A DNA stretch of 64,000 nt from Octopus sinensis (Eukaryota): the NCBI RefSeq assembly GCF_006345805.1, contig NW_021833452.1:24270-88269 (forward strand), in the 5' to 3' direction. The translations under genes were made by a program, and so were the position numbers. Positions 27,999 through 40,991 of this stretch are shown here, piece after piece (the first letter of the stretch is position 1; each line of letters opens with the position of its first letter). Under the pieces are notes generated by a model. The model was not told where the DNA came from, searched no databases, and was given only the letters and a program-made list of their open reading frames with translations.

Positions 27999-28356
27999 TG
28001 TGTGTATGTGTGTGAAAAATAAAGTGTCTTAAATTGTACAACAGTGCACTATAATAACAACAAAGCACTATAATAACTGTTATAATTTAATCCTCCATAG
28101 TCTGATACAATAATTCGGGATATAAAAATTCCTTCTTCAGATATCCCTAGGAATTGATCGAGTCACTGCTACAATCGCTTTTCCAATGTTTTTTTTTCTA
28201 TATTCCGAAATGTTTTATCAGACTATGGATGATTAAATTATAACAGTTATTATAGTCCATATTTGTTATTATACTGCTGTTATGCCATTCAACACACCTT
28301 ATATTTTTTACAAACAATACACAATGCTTCAAGCGAACTACAATACTCTCCCATAT

Positions 28357-28745
28357 AGGAGTGACTGTGTGGTAAGTAGCTTGCTTACGAACCACACAGT
28401 TCTGGGTTCTGGCACCTTGGGCAAGTGTCATCTACTATAGTCTCGGGCCGACCAAAGCCTTGTGAATGGATTAGGTAGACGGAAACTGAAAGAAGCCCGG
28501 CGTATATATGTATATATGTATGTGCGTGTATATGTTTGTGTGTCTGTGTTTGTCAACCCCAGCATCGCTTGACAACCGATGCTGGTGTATTTATGTCCCG
28601 GTAACTTAGCGGTTCGGCAAAAAGAGGCCGATAGAATAAGTACTAGGCTTACAAAGAATAAGTCCTGGGGTCGATTTGATCGACTAAAGGCGGTGCTCCA
28701 GCATGGCCACAGTAACGTGACTGAAACATGTAAAAGAGTAAAGAG
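28357..28745 (+). mobile_element. SINE family A
   Basis: Consensus match. Confidence 0.9.
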
Positions 28746-28823
<78 letters not shown>

Positions 28824-29569
28824 TCTATTGATATAAAGGTTTTAGTAAGAGTGTGTGGGAATGTTGGGTTGGAGAGAAGGCAGAAGAAGCAGTGTTTCTC
28901 GAAGTGTCCTTCCATTCAGAACTGAAAAACTATAAAGTTTGAAGGACTTGCTTTCTGTTTCTAGAAAGATGTGAGAAAATATGTTGGTCTCTTTCTTTTA
29001 TAAATTCTTCTCAATTGTCCTTCAAATTTTTATATGACAAATATAGTGAATTGAAAGTCACACGGCTTCTGTTTCTAGAATGGAGAATACCACGTATGGG
29101 AGAAGATTTTAGAAATGCTTCTTAATGTTCCTTTTAATTATTTAATGAAAACAAATGAAAATTTGAGTGCAGTTGGCTGTTATTTCTAGCATAAGGTGAA
29201 ATAATGTAGATGACAATTATTTTAATAAATGCTTCTTAAATTGTCCTTCAATTTAATTTCTTCAATTATAAACTACAAAGTATTTATGTAACTAGTCATT
29301 AGTTAAATAATTAATTATTTAAATTAAGCTGCACCAAAATTTAAATCAGAGAAGTTGTTAGAAAGTGGCGTCTCTTAGAAATAAAAGGAGAGGAAGAAGG
29401 AGAGGGTAATAATATAATGAAGAGGAGGAGGGAGATAGAGAGGAAGAAAGGAAAATAGAGAGGGATACCTAGGGAAGGGGAGGGACAGGTTAATGTATGA
29501 TGTTACAGAGAGGAAGAGAAACTGATACATATCATCAGTACGTGAGGGAGGGGATGAGGTGAGCGGTAT

Positions 29570-29806
29570 GGCAAGGGAGAGCTGGCAGAAACGTTAGAAC
29601 GCCGGGCGAAATGCTTAACGGTATTTCGCTTGTCGTTACGTTGTGAGTTCAAATTCCACCGAGGTTGACTTTGCCTTTCATCCTTTCGGGGTCGATAAAT
29701 TAAGTACCAGTTACGCACTGGGGTCGATGTAATCGACTTAATCCGTTTGTCTGTCCTTGTTTGTCCCCTCTGTGTTTAGCCCCTTGTTGGCAATAAAGAA
29801 ATAGGT
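29570..29806 (+). mobile_element. SINE family B
   Basis: gagctggcagaaacgttag...gcctttcatcctttcggggtcgataaattaagtaccag. Confidence 0.9.
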
Positions 29807-31159
29807 ATGGCAAGGGAGGCGGGGTTTAAAATAAATATATAATGAGGTGGAGGAGGGAGAGAGGAGACAAAGAGGGAGAAGTCGATTGCTATGTTTTGTA
29901 GGAGATAGAGAGAGAGAATGAGAGAAAAAAGGGTGATGGAAATAGAAGGCAAGAGAGGGAGGGGCACTGTAATATATAATGAGGCAGGAAGAGAGAGACT
30001 GTTAGCTACAGAGAGAGAAGGCAAACGATAAATACATTTACTAATAGAGGAAGGGTAAGAGGTAAGAGGGGCGGAGTCAGTCCACATTAAATGGGGTGAG
30101 AGTGTTTACTAAGAGAGAGAATGTCAGAGGTAAGGAATATATAACGAAGGGCGGGCAAGTAGGGTCAGAGCAAGGATAATAACTCTTACTACATCCCATT
30201 TTTCTTTAAACTGTTTTCTTTTTTATTGAGTCTAACGAAATCTGTTTTCTTGTGCAAATTGTACAGATTTCCAAATATGATTTAATGAGAATAACACATC
30301 GAAGTGTTTATAACACATTACCAATAAATATCGAACACTTTTCTACGTCACTGATTCGTTTTTCGGTTGACATCTCTCAACTTCGCTTTTTTACACTTTC
30401 GTTTCTTAGTCTTTAATTAGTTTCCAGGGAACACAACTTAAGGAAAAGTATTAAGTTAGCCTCTCTTAGCTTTCTGTCTCGCAACCCCCATCGACACATA
30501 CACACTCTCATATCCATTTCCTCTCTCTTTCACTTTATGCTGCCTTCGAAGACTGTCAATTTTCACCTACGAAAATAAATAAATAAATTTTACTGAATTT
30601 ACCGAGCGCTGTAACTTAACAGTTGATTAAAAGTGACATTTCCCCGAGTTATATCGAAGGATCGCCTATATGTGTGTATGTAGGAGTTGAGAAATGTATT
30701 ATAAGATTTATAAATGTATTATTATCAGCTGATTAAGAGAAATTCATTCAAAGGACATTTACCCAGGTATCAACAGCAAGTAGGAATCACGTTCAATCTC
30801 CTCTGAAATATTTAAGACAGTTAACCCTTCTTTTGCCCTTAATTATATTTATATGTTTCTTTGAGTATTAATATCTGACTGTATTGATTCATTCTATCGG
30901 ATGCTGTTACACGTCGCTGCTCACGATGCCCTTCCAGTTCTTTCTTGATTGGGTCATTCTTTGCCATCTTCGCCCAAATATTTCAACTGTCTTGATGTCT
31001 TCATTACATCATTCTCGCAAAATAATGTGTTAACTAGACATGTTTGTATTGTTATGTGAACATAACTATATAAATGTGACACTTCAAAACGATAGGCATT
31101 TTAAGCCCCGCCTAAATTCGGGGGTTAGTTTCGTAGATTTTAACCACAACAACAATTAA

Positions 31160-33670
31160 TCCATTCGTTGTTGCTCGGAAAGAAAGAAAGAAAAAAGAAA
31201 GATAGAAACAAAAAAAGAAAGAAAGAAAGAAAGAAGAAAGTAAGTAAAGGGAAACAAAAAAGAAAGAAAGAAAAAAAGAAAGTAAGTAAAGGGAAACAAA
31301 AAAGAAATAAATAAAAAGAAAGTAAAGCGAAACAAAAAGAAAGAAAGAATGAGAGAGAGATAGAAACAATGAAATTAAGGAAAAGAAAGAGAGTGAGAGA
31401 GAGAGAGAGTAAAAAGAAGGAAAGAATGAAAGAGAAAGAGAGAGGGAGGAAGAAAGAAAAGAGAAAAAGAAAGAATGATAGAAGAGAGGGGGAAGGAAAA
31501 GAGTAATGTGATTCTGTAATAATACATGAAATGAGAGCGGAAGAAATAAATAAAGAAAGAAAGGAAAAAAAAGAAATTAAGAAAGAAAGTAAGGAAGGGA
31601 GAAAGAAAGGGAGAAAGAAAGGAGCAAGAAAAGAAAAAGAAAGAAGAAAGTAAGTAAAGGAAACAAAAAAAGAAAGAAAGAAAGAAAGAAAAAGAAAGAA
31701 GGAAAGGTAGAAAGAAAAGAAAGATAGAAACAAAAAAAGAAAGAAAGAAAGAAGAAAAGAAAGAAAGAAAGAAGAAAAGAAAGAAAGAAAGAAAGAAGAA
31801 AAGAAAGAAGAAAGTAAGTAAAGGAAACAAAAAAAGAAAGAAAGAAAAAAAAAAAAAAGAAAGAAGAAAGTAAGTAAAGGGAAACAAAAAAAGAAATAAA
31901 TAAAAAGAAAGTAAAGCGAAACAAAAAAAGAAAGAAAGAATGAGAGAGAGATAGAAACAATGAAATTAAGGAAAAGAAAGAGAGTGAGAGAGAGAGAGAG
32001 AGAGTAAAAAGAAGGAAAGAATGAAAGAGAAAGAGAGAGGGAGAAAGAAAGAAAGAAGAAAAGAAAGAAAAAGAAAGAATGATAGAAGAGAGGGGGAAGG
32101 AAAAGAGTAATGTGATTCTGTAATAATACATGAAATGAGAGCGGAAGAAATAAATAAGAAAGAAGGAAAAAAAAAAAAAAGAAAGAAGAAAGAAGAAAGT
32201 AAGGAAGGGAGAAAGAAAGGAGCAAGAAAAGAAAAAGAAAGAAGGAAAGGTAGAAAGAAAGAAAAGAAAGAAAGAAAAAGAAAGAAGGAAAGGTAGAAAG
32301 AAAAGAAAGATAGAAAGGGAAAAGAAGGAAATATAGAAAGAATGAAACAAAAATAGAAAGGAGGAAAGTGGAAAGAAAGAAAGGAAAGAAGAAAAGAAAG
32401 AAATAACAAATAAGGAAAGATAGAAGGAATGAAGGGAAGAAAGAAGGAAAAAGAAGGAAAAAAGAAGGAAAGAAAGAGAGTAAGATAAGAGCTGGGCGTG
32501 AGGGAGAGAGAGAAAAAGGAGAAAAGGAAAGGAAAACAAAGAAAAGAAACGAAACAAGGATGAAAAAAGAAAGGAAGAAAAAGAGAAGAAGCAAAGGAGA
32601 AGGAAAGATAAGAGCGAAGAAAGAAAAGAGAATGAAGGGAAAGAAGAAGGAAATGAAAATCTGAAATAAAAATAAATAAATAACGAAAATGAAAGAAGGA
32701 AACAGAGCAAAATGAGAGAAATGAAAGAAAGAAAAAAAGAAAGGAAGAGGAATGAATGAAAGAAAGAAAGAGAAAGAAAGGAAGAAAGACAGAAAGAAAA
32801 AAGAAAGATAGAAAGAAAAAAGAAAGACAGAAAGAAAGAAAAAAGAAACGAAGAAAGGAAATTGAAAGAAAGAAAGACAGAAAGGAAGAAAGAAAGGAAG
32901 AGAGGAAAAGGAACGAAAAAAAGAAGAAAGAAAGAATGAGAGAGAGATAGAGAGGAAGGCGACGTAATTCTGTAAAAATGATGACATGAAAGAGGGAGAA
33001 GGAGAGAGAGAGGGGGTGGAAGGAGGAGGGATTAGAGAAATTAATGTTAAGAAGAGAGGAGGAGTATGAGATGAGAGACAAAGAGTAAAAAGGCGGAGCA
33101 TTAATATATAATAAGGTAATAGAGAGAGGGAGAGGGAGAGAGAGAGAAGGAGAGAGACAGAGAAACAAAGACACGGAGACAGAGAGAGAGACATAAGAAG
33201 CGAGAGGGCGAAAGAAAGAGACTGAAATGGAGAAATTGAGAGAGCAAAGAGAGAGGAGAGGGAGATGGAAAGGGAGGAGAAATGGAGGGAAAGAATGAGG
33301 TAAGAGAATGAGAGAATATTATATAAGGAGGTGGAGGGAGAGAGAGAATGATACATAGGTTTAGAAAGAGAGGGAGAGTGTGACGTGGGGCGGAGCGCAA
33401 AAGAGGTAGAGGGAGAGTATGATATATGAGGTGGTAAAGAGGGAGGGAGAGAGACAAAAAGTGAGGGAGGGGGAAGGAAACATAGATGATGTATGAGATA
33501 TGTTCTTTGTGAGGGAGGGAGAGCAAGAGTTGAGAGAAAATGAGGGATGAAGGAGTAGAGAAGGAGAGGGAATTATGTGTGTGATAAGAGAGGGAGTCTA
33601 TCATGTATTAGAGAAAGGAAGAGGGGAAGGATGAGGTATTAATACAGAAAGAGGAAGGAGAGAGAAGAGT
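31160..33670. repeat. About 2.5-kb polypurine (GAAA/GA-rich) low-complexity tract with an internal higher-order duplication of about 600 bp
   Basis: gagtaatgtgattctgtaataatacatgaaatgagagcgg at 31501 and 32105; very few pyrimidines on the + strand. Confidence 0.9.
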
Positions 33671-35287
33671 TTAGAAGTGTCCTTCATTTTCATATGAAAC
33701 ACAAAACCAAACTTTAGCAGACTTGGCTATTATTTCTAGCATCACATTTGATCCCCAATTGGACTATATTTCCTTAGAAGCTCCTTAAAGTGATAACAGA
33801 CCACCACAAAGCAACTTTGAGTGTAGTGGGCGGTTATTTCTAGCATGATGTCAAACCACGTGTAGGACGATTCTTTGAATAAATGCTACTTAAATTGTCC
33901 GTCAATGCCTCGACTATTTAATTTCCTCAATTAAGAACTACACAGTAATTATGTAATTAATCGTTAGTTAAATAATTAGCTTCTGGTAAAATAATTAGCG
34001 AGAGAGAAATTTTAAGGTAAATCTGAAAATATAATTTATTTGTAAGAAAATAAGGTTTCTTAGGAATAAAAGGAGAGGAAGAGGGAGAGGGTAAGATATA
34101 AGGAGGTGGGGGAGATAGAGAGAGAAAGAAAGGAAGAAAGAGTGAGAGAGAGAGAAAATAGGGAAGGGGAGGGATATGTTAATGTATAAAATGGCAGAGA
34201 AAGAAAGAGAAAGAGTGTGTGTGTGCCTGAGAAAGAGAGAGAGGGGGGAATTGATATATATACGTTTAGGAAGTGAGGAAGAGGATGAGGTGAACGATAT
34301 AGCAAGGGAGGCGGGGGTGGTTAAAATGAATATATAATGAGGTTCTGAGAGAAAGGAGACAAAGAGAGAGAAGTGGGAGGATATGTTTTGTAGGGGAGAG
34401 AGAAAGAGTATGAAAATGCATTATGGGTTTAGTGAGGTGCAGACAGAGGGAATTAAGACTACAAGCAAGGGAGGGGGAAGCATTGGGTAATATATGAGGA
34501 GGTGGGAGACGGAGGCGAAGGGAAAGAGACAGACAAAGAGGGAGAGCGCGCTTATTGGACGATATATATTTAGTAATAGGGGAAGGGTATGAGTTTATAA
34601 AGAAAGCAAAATGGGCGGAGTCATTCCACATTATACAATGTGGTGGGCGGTGTCAAAGCGTAAGAACAATAACTCTTATTGAATCCCTTTTCGTTTTAAA
34701 TTGTAATTTTTTCTTGCGCAGAATTTGAAGATTTCCAAAAATGATTTAATGTAAATAATAGATCGAAGTGTTTATAACGCAATATCAATAAATATCGAAC
34801 ACTTTTCTATATCACTGATTCGTTTTCGTTTCGCTTCTTTTAATATAGCAATTCTTACCCTTTAATTTCCTCCTCGTAATCTTCACACTGCACCCTGCAC
34901 CTATTATTAAAATACTCTGTAAAGCAATGGAATTGTTTAGGGAGGTGATTCTATGCACAACAATAACAACAACAACAATTGAACATTTGAAAGTTTATAT
35001 TTATTTCAGAATGTAATTTCTGGTTACAAGGGAGCCAAACCAGTAAAGTGGTCTCTCTTTGGTTGACAGATCTGCTAGAAATAATAACCAAATTTACCAA
35101 ATTCACACTTCATCATCTTAAGGTAGGACAAGTGGGACAATGTGGTTCTGAGTTTTCTACATTAGCAATAAAGACAGGATGGTCCCGGCTGGGAGACATT
35201 TAAGATAGATCATTGTTTGGTCAAGGCTGATCTGGGATTAAACAACATTTACAAAATAATTCACTCTTCAAGTAATGATAGACATGC

Positions 35288-35950
35288 GGTGAATGAAATA
35301 TTGTATGCGTCTCTTCAACTCTGTAGGCTCGCACATGCGTGACACATTTCTCATTATTCTGACGAGGTCTGCCATCAAAATATTGAATTTGGCATTGTCC
35401 ATGATGGCTGAGTTCCGGTGGGTCAACTATTTGGAGGCCATAGGTTTGGCATAGTACGAATGAAGGATTTGGGTTTTATTATTCACAATTTCTAGCTAGA
35501 GTTCAGTTTCTAGTACTGGTAGTCTATGGTTGGGGTGTTTTGTGTGGTAGTCTATTGTGACCTTAATACTCTGGTCGATGGAGTTAGCTATTTGCTGGAT
35601 GCTCTCCATAGTATTAGTTTCTATTACTATATCAACAGTACTCTCTTGTGGGGGTGCCTTTACCACTATGTTGATATCATCAACATAGCGAGAGTACATG
35701 TTTACGAGTATGGAGTTCTGTGTCAGCCGTTCCTTAAGCCTTCTGTCCCACCATACCATGAAAAGGTTGGCCACATCACCGGCGATACTAACGCCGATTG
35801 CTGCCCCCTCATCCTGGGCATATATTTTATTGTTAAACTTAAATGTGTGGCCTTTTAGGGTAACGCTTATACTAGCTCCTAGTGCATGTGCGATCATTTT
35901 CTTTACCTGATAGACATAGATAGTATGGATCTGGTCTCTCCGCTCCATCT
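35288..35950 (-). mobile_element. Penelope-like element reverse transcriptase fragment
   Basis: FKFNNKIYAQDEGAAIGVSIAGDVANLFM and YSRYVDD motifs, followed by YYAKPMAS; in-frame stops. Confidence 0.85.
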
Positions 35951-36094
35951 CTCTCTATGGGTCTTCCTAGTCATAGAATTAGGATAAGGATAGGATGGTC
36001 CTGGATGGAAGGCATTTGATCATGGGTATCTGTTGGCGAAGCTAGACCTTGGACTTAAGAAGATCAGCAACTACACAGAGATAAATTAAGTACA

Positions 36095-37385
36095 ATTATC
36101 AGAAGGCCCACTTGTATGATATCCTTCTACAGGATACCTCAAAGACAGGTGACAATGACTTCATCTTTGTGGCTGGAGATTTTAATGGGCATGACGGACG
36201 GTAATCTGGTGTTTTCCATGGTGTTCATGGGGATCCATGGAATTGGTTACAGAAACAAAGAGGGAACTAGGCTATTGGAGTTCCGTGATGCTAGCAACCA
36301 ACTGATCTGCAACACCAACATCAGGAAGCCAAGCAGCCACCTGATAACCTATCAATCATGCGACTCTGCTAGCCCGATTGATTTCATCCTCACCAGACAG
36401 CGGAATGCATGGTTGCTGTTAAATACAAATGCTCTGCTTGGTGAAGAATGTACTCCCCAGCATAGGCTAGTCATCAGTGACCTTCGATTCGAGGCCACAT
36501 GGATGCCAAGAAGCAGACCAATCCAGAAAAGAAGGATTTGGAAGCTTAAGAACCCTTCTTATGGTCAGAGATTTAGGGACATCCTCATTCAGAAATTTAA
36601 TGAGAGGGAAGAGAAGCTACAGATTTGTGACATAGAGGGTAACTGGAAATTCCTGCGTGACAGCTTACTGAGCACCACAGATCTAAAATCTGTGACTGCA
36701 AAGTCCCTTCCAGATCTAGGGTAACGTGGTGCTGGAATAATACGGTAGACAAGACCATCAGAGCAATGAAATAGTCTTGGGAAACCTGGAAGAATAGCGA
36801 TAGGGAGACTAGGAGACAGGTTTATATATATACATATATATATATATATCAAAGGGAGAAGCAGAAAATAGGTTTGCCAATGTTCAGCGATGTGAGGACC
36901 AAATAACCGAAGTATTTCGGATTAAAAGAAAGTATGCGAGAGAGAATTGTGATGTCACAGGACAGACATGTGTTCGCGTGGATGATGGTGCACTTCAGTT
37001 TAATGAATCTGCAAAGAAAGAGGCTTGGAGATGCCACTATGAAAGACTGATGAATGTGGAGAATGAATGAGAGGATGGGAGCCTGCCAAATGTTGACCCA
37101 GTTGAGGGAGCAGCTACCAAAATCTATAGCAATCTGGTAGATAAAGCAATTAAGGATATTGAAGTTAGGGAAAGCCATCCGTCCATCAGGAATCACTGCT
37201 GAAATACTTAAAATATCTGGTGATGTGGGTTATAGTCTAGTCACCCGTATTGTAAATCAGGTGGTACACGAAGGAGTCACACCCAATGACTGGAGAAGCA
37301 GCCGAATAGTCAACTGCTACAAAGGTAAAGGTGATGCTTTAGATAGAAGTAACTACAAAGGTAGCAAATTGCTGGATCAGGTGTA
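36095..37385 (+). mobile_element. RTE-clade LINE fragment (APE endonuclease to start of RT)
   Basis: AGDFNGH, RNKEGTRLLEF, IDFILTR, QHRLV, PSGITAEILK and YKGKGDALDRSNY motifs; frameshifted. Confidence 0.88.
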
Positions 37386-37528
37386 TAATGATCAACGTTA
37401 ATGATCATTATACTTATATTCTTAGAGATTTGATTTTTAATTCTTTTAATTCATAACAATGTTATTCTGACCTGAGACATTCAGGGTACGTACCTAAAAA
37501 TCATATCATGACAGACATCTGGCTACAT

Positions 37529-37572
<44 letters not shown>

Positions 37573-37829
37573 ACAATATCATATCAGAAAACTTAGGAAA
37601 GACCTTAGTAGTAAAAGAAACAAAAGTTTTCCCGTTTACTCACCTGTTTACAAATAAACAACGAAATATTTTATTTCTCTGTCCTAAAAGACATCATTAA
37701 CTCTATTGTGTCTTCTTATTTATCCATTTTACCAACCACGTTAACCTGGATTTTATGAAATTTCAGTGGAATATTTAATAGAATCATATTAGAGCTAATC
37801 TCTCAAATAGAAATTCAGAACGGAACCAG

Positions 37830-39180
37830 ATCTGACAATTCTGAAACGAATGGCCAGAAGCAAAATAGTCACCTTCCTTGAGGAAAATGACTTGCTGGCT
37901 GACACCCAACATGGTTTCCCACCAGGAAGAAGCTGCCTGACTCAGCTCTTACAAGATTATGACTGGGTACTGAAACAGCTGCTCAACCACTCAAATGTGG
38001 AAGTCATATATCTGGACTTTGCAAAGGCCTTTGATAAAGTTGATCATGGAATGAAATGTCACAAACAGCGTGATCTCGGCATAGTCGGAAAATTGAGAGA
38101 ATGGCCGAATGACTTTCTGAAGGATAGAATTCAGGTGGTAGTAGCCAATGGGGCCACCTCCAATGACATGCAAATAGTGAGTGGTGTTCAACAAGGCACT
38201 GTTTTGGGGCCACTACTGTTCATAATGGCCATCTCAGATATGCCCTCAGCCACGCTGAAAGCTACAATCACAAGTTAGCAGATGATACAAAAGTCTTACA
38301 GGTGATACAGAACCTTGAAGACACTTTGCACCTGCAACACGAGAAGGATGACAGGATAGCATGCGGTTTAATGCTGAATAGTTTCAAGACTTTTTCTATC
38401 AGCATGCAAAACTATATGCAATACCCAATAAATACACTGGACTTGGAGGGATTGCAATCCTAGAGACACAATCAGTGCGAGACCTGGGTATTTACATGAG
38501 TAATGATGCATCTTACCATGTTCATGTTGCTAAGTTGGCAATGAAACGCAGGTGACTGACTGGATGGATTCTTAGAACTTTTCGAACAAGAGACCAGGAA
38601 AACATTATGTTCCTCTGGAGGGCACTTGTCCTAAGCCACTTTGACTATTGCTCTCAGCTATGGTCACCAACCATTGTCACATTAATTTCAGGACTTGAGG
38701 TCATCCAACAAAGCTACACGAAGCTACCCTTTATGCAGCATATACGTTACTGGGAAAGACTCAAGAGATTAAGACTCAATTCCTTAGAGCGTAGGCGAGA
38801 AAGATATGTCATAATACACATCTGGAAGACATGTCCCAAACTTTAGCATCGAGAGTTACACAAATACTAGAACAGAGCGCCTCTGCAACAGCCTGGGATT
38901 CAGGGGACCACATCTCTTCAATATCCTCCCGAATGACCAGAGAGACCTGCATGGGGTGGATGTAGGTATCTGCAAAATGAAACTGGACCTCTTACTGTCA
39001 AGTGTTCCTGATAAACCAACTTCATAGTAGGAGGTGCAGATGAGGGCTGCGGCATTAAACTCCCTCACGCACCAAATGTCACTTTCTAAAAAGAATTAGT
39101 GAAGTAAAATTACGTAGCAACACCATTTGGCGGTGCCACAACATGGCAACAACACATGAGCTGAAACTAAATCAAATCTA
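37830..39180 (+). mobile_element. CR1/L2-clade LINE RT and 3' end
   Basis: QHGF..GRSCLTQLL, YLDFAKAFDKVDH, SGVQQGTVLGPLLF, ADDTK and DYCSQLWSP motifs. Confidence 0.9.
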
Positions 39181-39909
39181 ATCAATTCTGTACTAATTTT
39201 GATAACAAATAGTTCGTTTTAAAACTAATAATTTCTATTAATAACTGTTTATCATTTTCTGAAATAAATTTGATGTAATTTAAATATTTTGTTGTATTTA
39301 ATTTCAGATTAACCAACTTTATTCACTCCAATCACAAAATAATCCAATAACAAGCGGATAATGCTTAGGAGTCTTTCTCTCTTGTTTCGCTAAATTTTGC
39401 ACGGCGGAGCTTCCTGCAACGTCTCATAAATTTTATTTATTTAATCTGAGTACATGATGCAAAAACTCGATATTTCATTGCAAATTAGAATGGAATAAAA
39501 GTCGTGCAGTTTAAAGGATAATATTGTAGGGGAAAATAGTACTTTTCCATTATCAGAAGTTATCTGAATAGAGGGAGACACTGTGGATTTACCACAATCA
39601 CATGGAATTAAAAAAACAAATGTGTAATTATTTTAATATGACAGGATTTTTCAGCACAGTTATCATTACATATTTAAATTTTGGATTTATTTTGATATGG
39701 AAAATCATAAAGTTTTCACTGAAAAACTAACTGCAGTACTAAGTAAATAATGATAATCCTAAGGCTAGAATATAAATCAAAAGTAGTTCTTAAATGCTCA
39801 CCCAACCACCTGTTTCTTTATGCAACCACCCCGACTCTGGAATGGCCTGTCTTAAACCACAACAATACAAAGTGAAATATTCATATAGACACTATTACTA
39901 TATGATACA

Positions 39910-40326
39910 CAAGGCGGTGAACTGGCAGACACGTTAGCACGCCGGGTGAAATGCGTAGCCGTATTTCGTCTGCCGTTACGTTCTGAGATCAAATTCTGCC
40001 GAGGTCGACTTTGCCTTTCATCCTTTCGGGGTCGATAAATTAAGTACCATTTACGTACTGGGGTCGATGTAATCGACTTAATCCATTTGTCTGTCCTTGT
40101 TTATCCTCTCTGTGTTTAGCCCCTTATGGGTAGTACAGAAATAGGTAGTTCGTCTGCCGTTACGTTCTGAGTTCCAATTCCGCCAAGGTCGAGTTTGCCT
40201 GTCATCCTTTAGGGGTCGATAAATAAAGTACCAGTTTCACACTGGGGTTGATGTAATCGACTTAATCCCTTTGCCTGTTCTTGTTTGTCCCCTCTATGTT
40301 TAGCCCCTTGTGGGCAATAAAGAAAT
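39910..40326 (+). mobile_element. SINE family B dimer
   Basis: Two tandem cores. Confidence 0.9.
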
Positions 40327-40785
40327 ATATCGCTATATGATACACAAAGAGGAAGGACATTAATATTTCTGTACCAGATATTCTACTCTTAGCTATAAAT
40401 TAAGGCAAGTAACTGTCAATATACCAGAGGATATTAAAACTGCTTTTATAACAATGGGAGTGTTTAGGGAGGTGATTAGATATACAGCAACAACAACAAG
40501 TGGACATTTCAAAGTTTATCTCTATTTCAAACATTAATCTCTAGCAAGAAAGCCAAATCATTCAGGGAGTTTTTCTGTGATCTATAGACGTGCTACCATT
40601 AGTAGCTGAATCCTCTTTGATTCGCAATTTATCACCTTAAACAAGGACACATTGGACAATGTGCGTATGGGTTGTTAATAATTAGGATAAGGATAGGATG
40701 GTCCTGGATGGAAGGCATTTGATCATGGGTATCTGTTGGCGAAGCTAGACCTTGGACTTAAGAAGATCAGCAACTACACAGAGAT

Positions 40786-40991
40786 TCAGTTTTTGTCCAG
40801 CGATAGACATTCAAGGGCATTATAACATTCAGCTTCTTCAAGAGCTGCTTTTATTGTTTCAGCTGTACGTCTCTTTGGATCACAACTTGTGAACCATTTG
40901 TACATCATCTGATAGCTCTGTTCTACAATGTCATTACTATTGTCACGCTTGATAATTTCCAGCTCAGAAGTTTTAATATCCAAGAAAATAC
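40786..40991 (-). CDS. Coding exon 13, rest of death domain to stop (GIFLDIKTSELEIIKRDNSNDIVEQSYQMMYKWFTSCDPKRRTAETIKAALEEAECYNALECLSLDKN*)
   Basis: ttttgcag acceptor, phase 1, TGA at 40788-40786; L.I...EL..I......EQ.YQM..KW......T...I..AL death-domain pattern. Confidence 0.92.

Larger units (their letters stand above)
34895..37830 (-). pseudogene. Fragmented relic of a third family copy (3' UTR, last codons ACLSLLEE*, microexon-intron module) interrupted by PLE, RTE and CR1 insertions
   Basis: 34895-35260 resembles the 3' flank 40430-40785; 35261-35287 resembles the end of the death-domain exon; 37440-37830 resembles intron 49170-49445. Confidence 0.65.

Noticed and set aside
31140-33356. 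738-aa F/L/S-rich ORF and overlapping long ORFs
   Set aside because: Arise from a pyrimidine-rich low-complexity strand that lacks stop codons; no domain signal.
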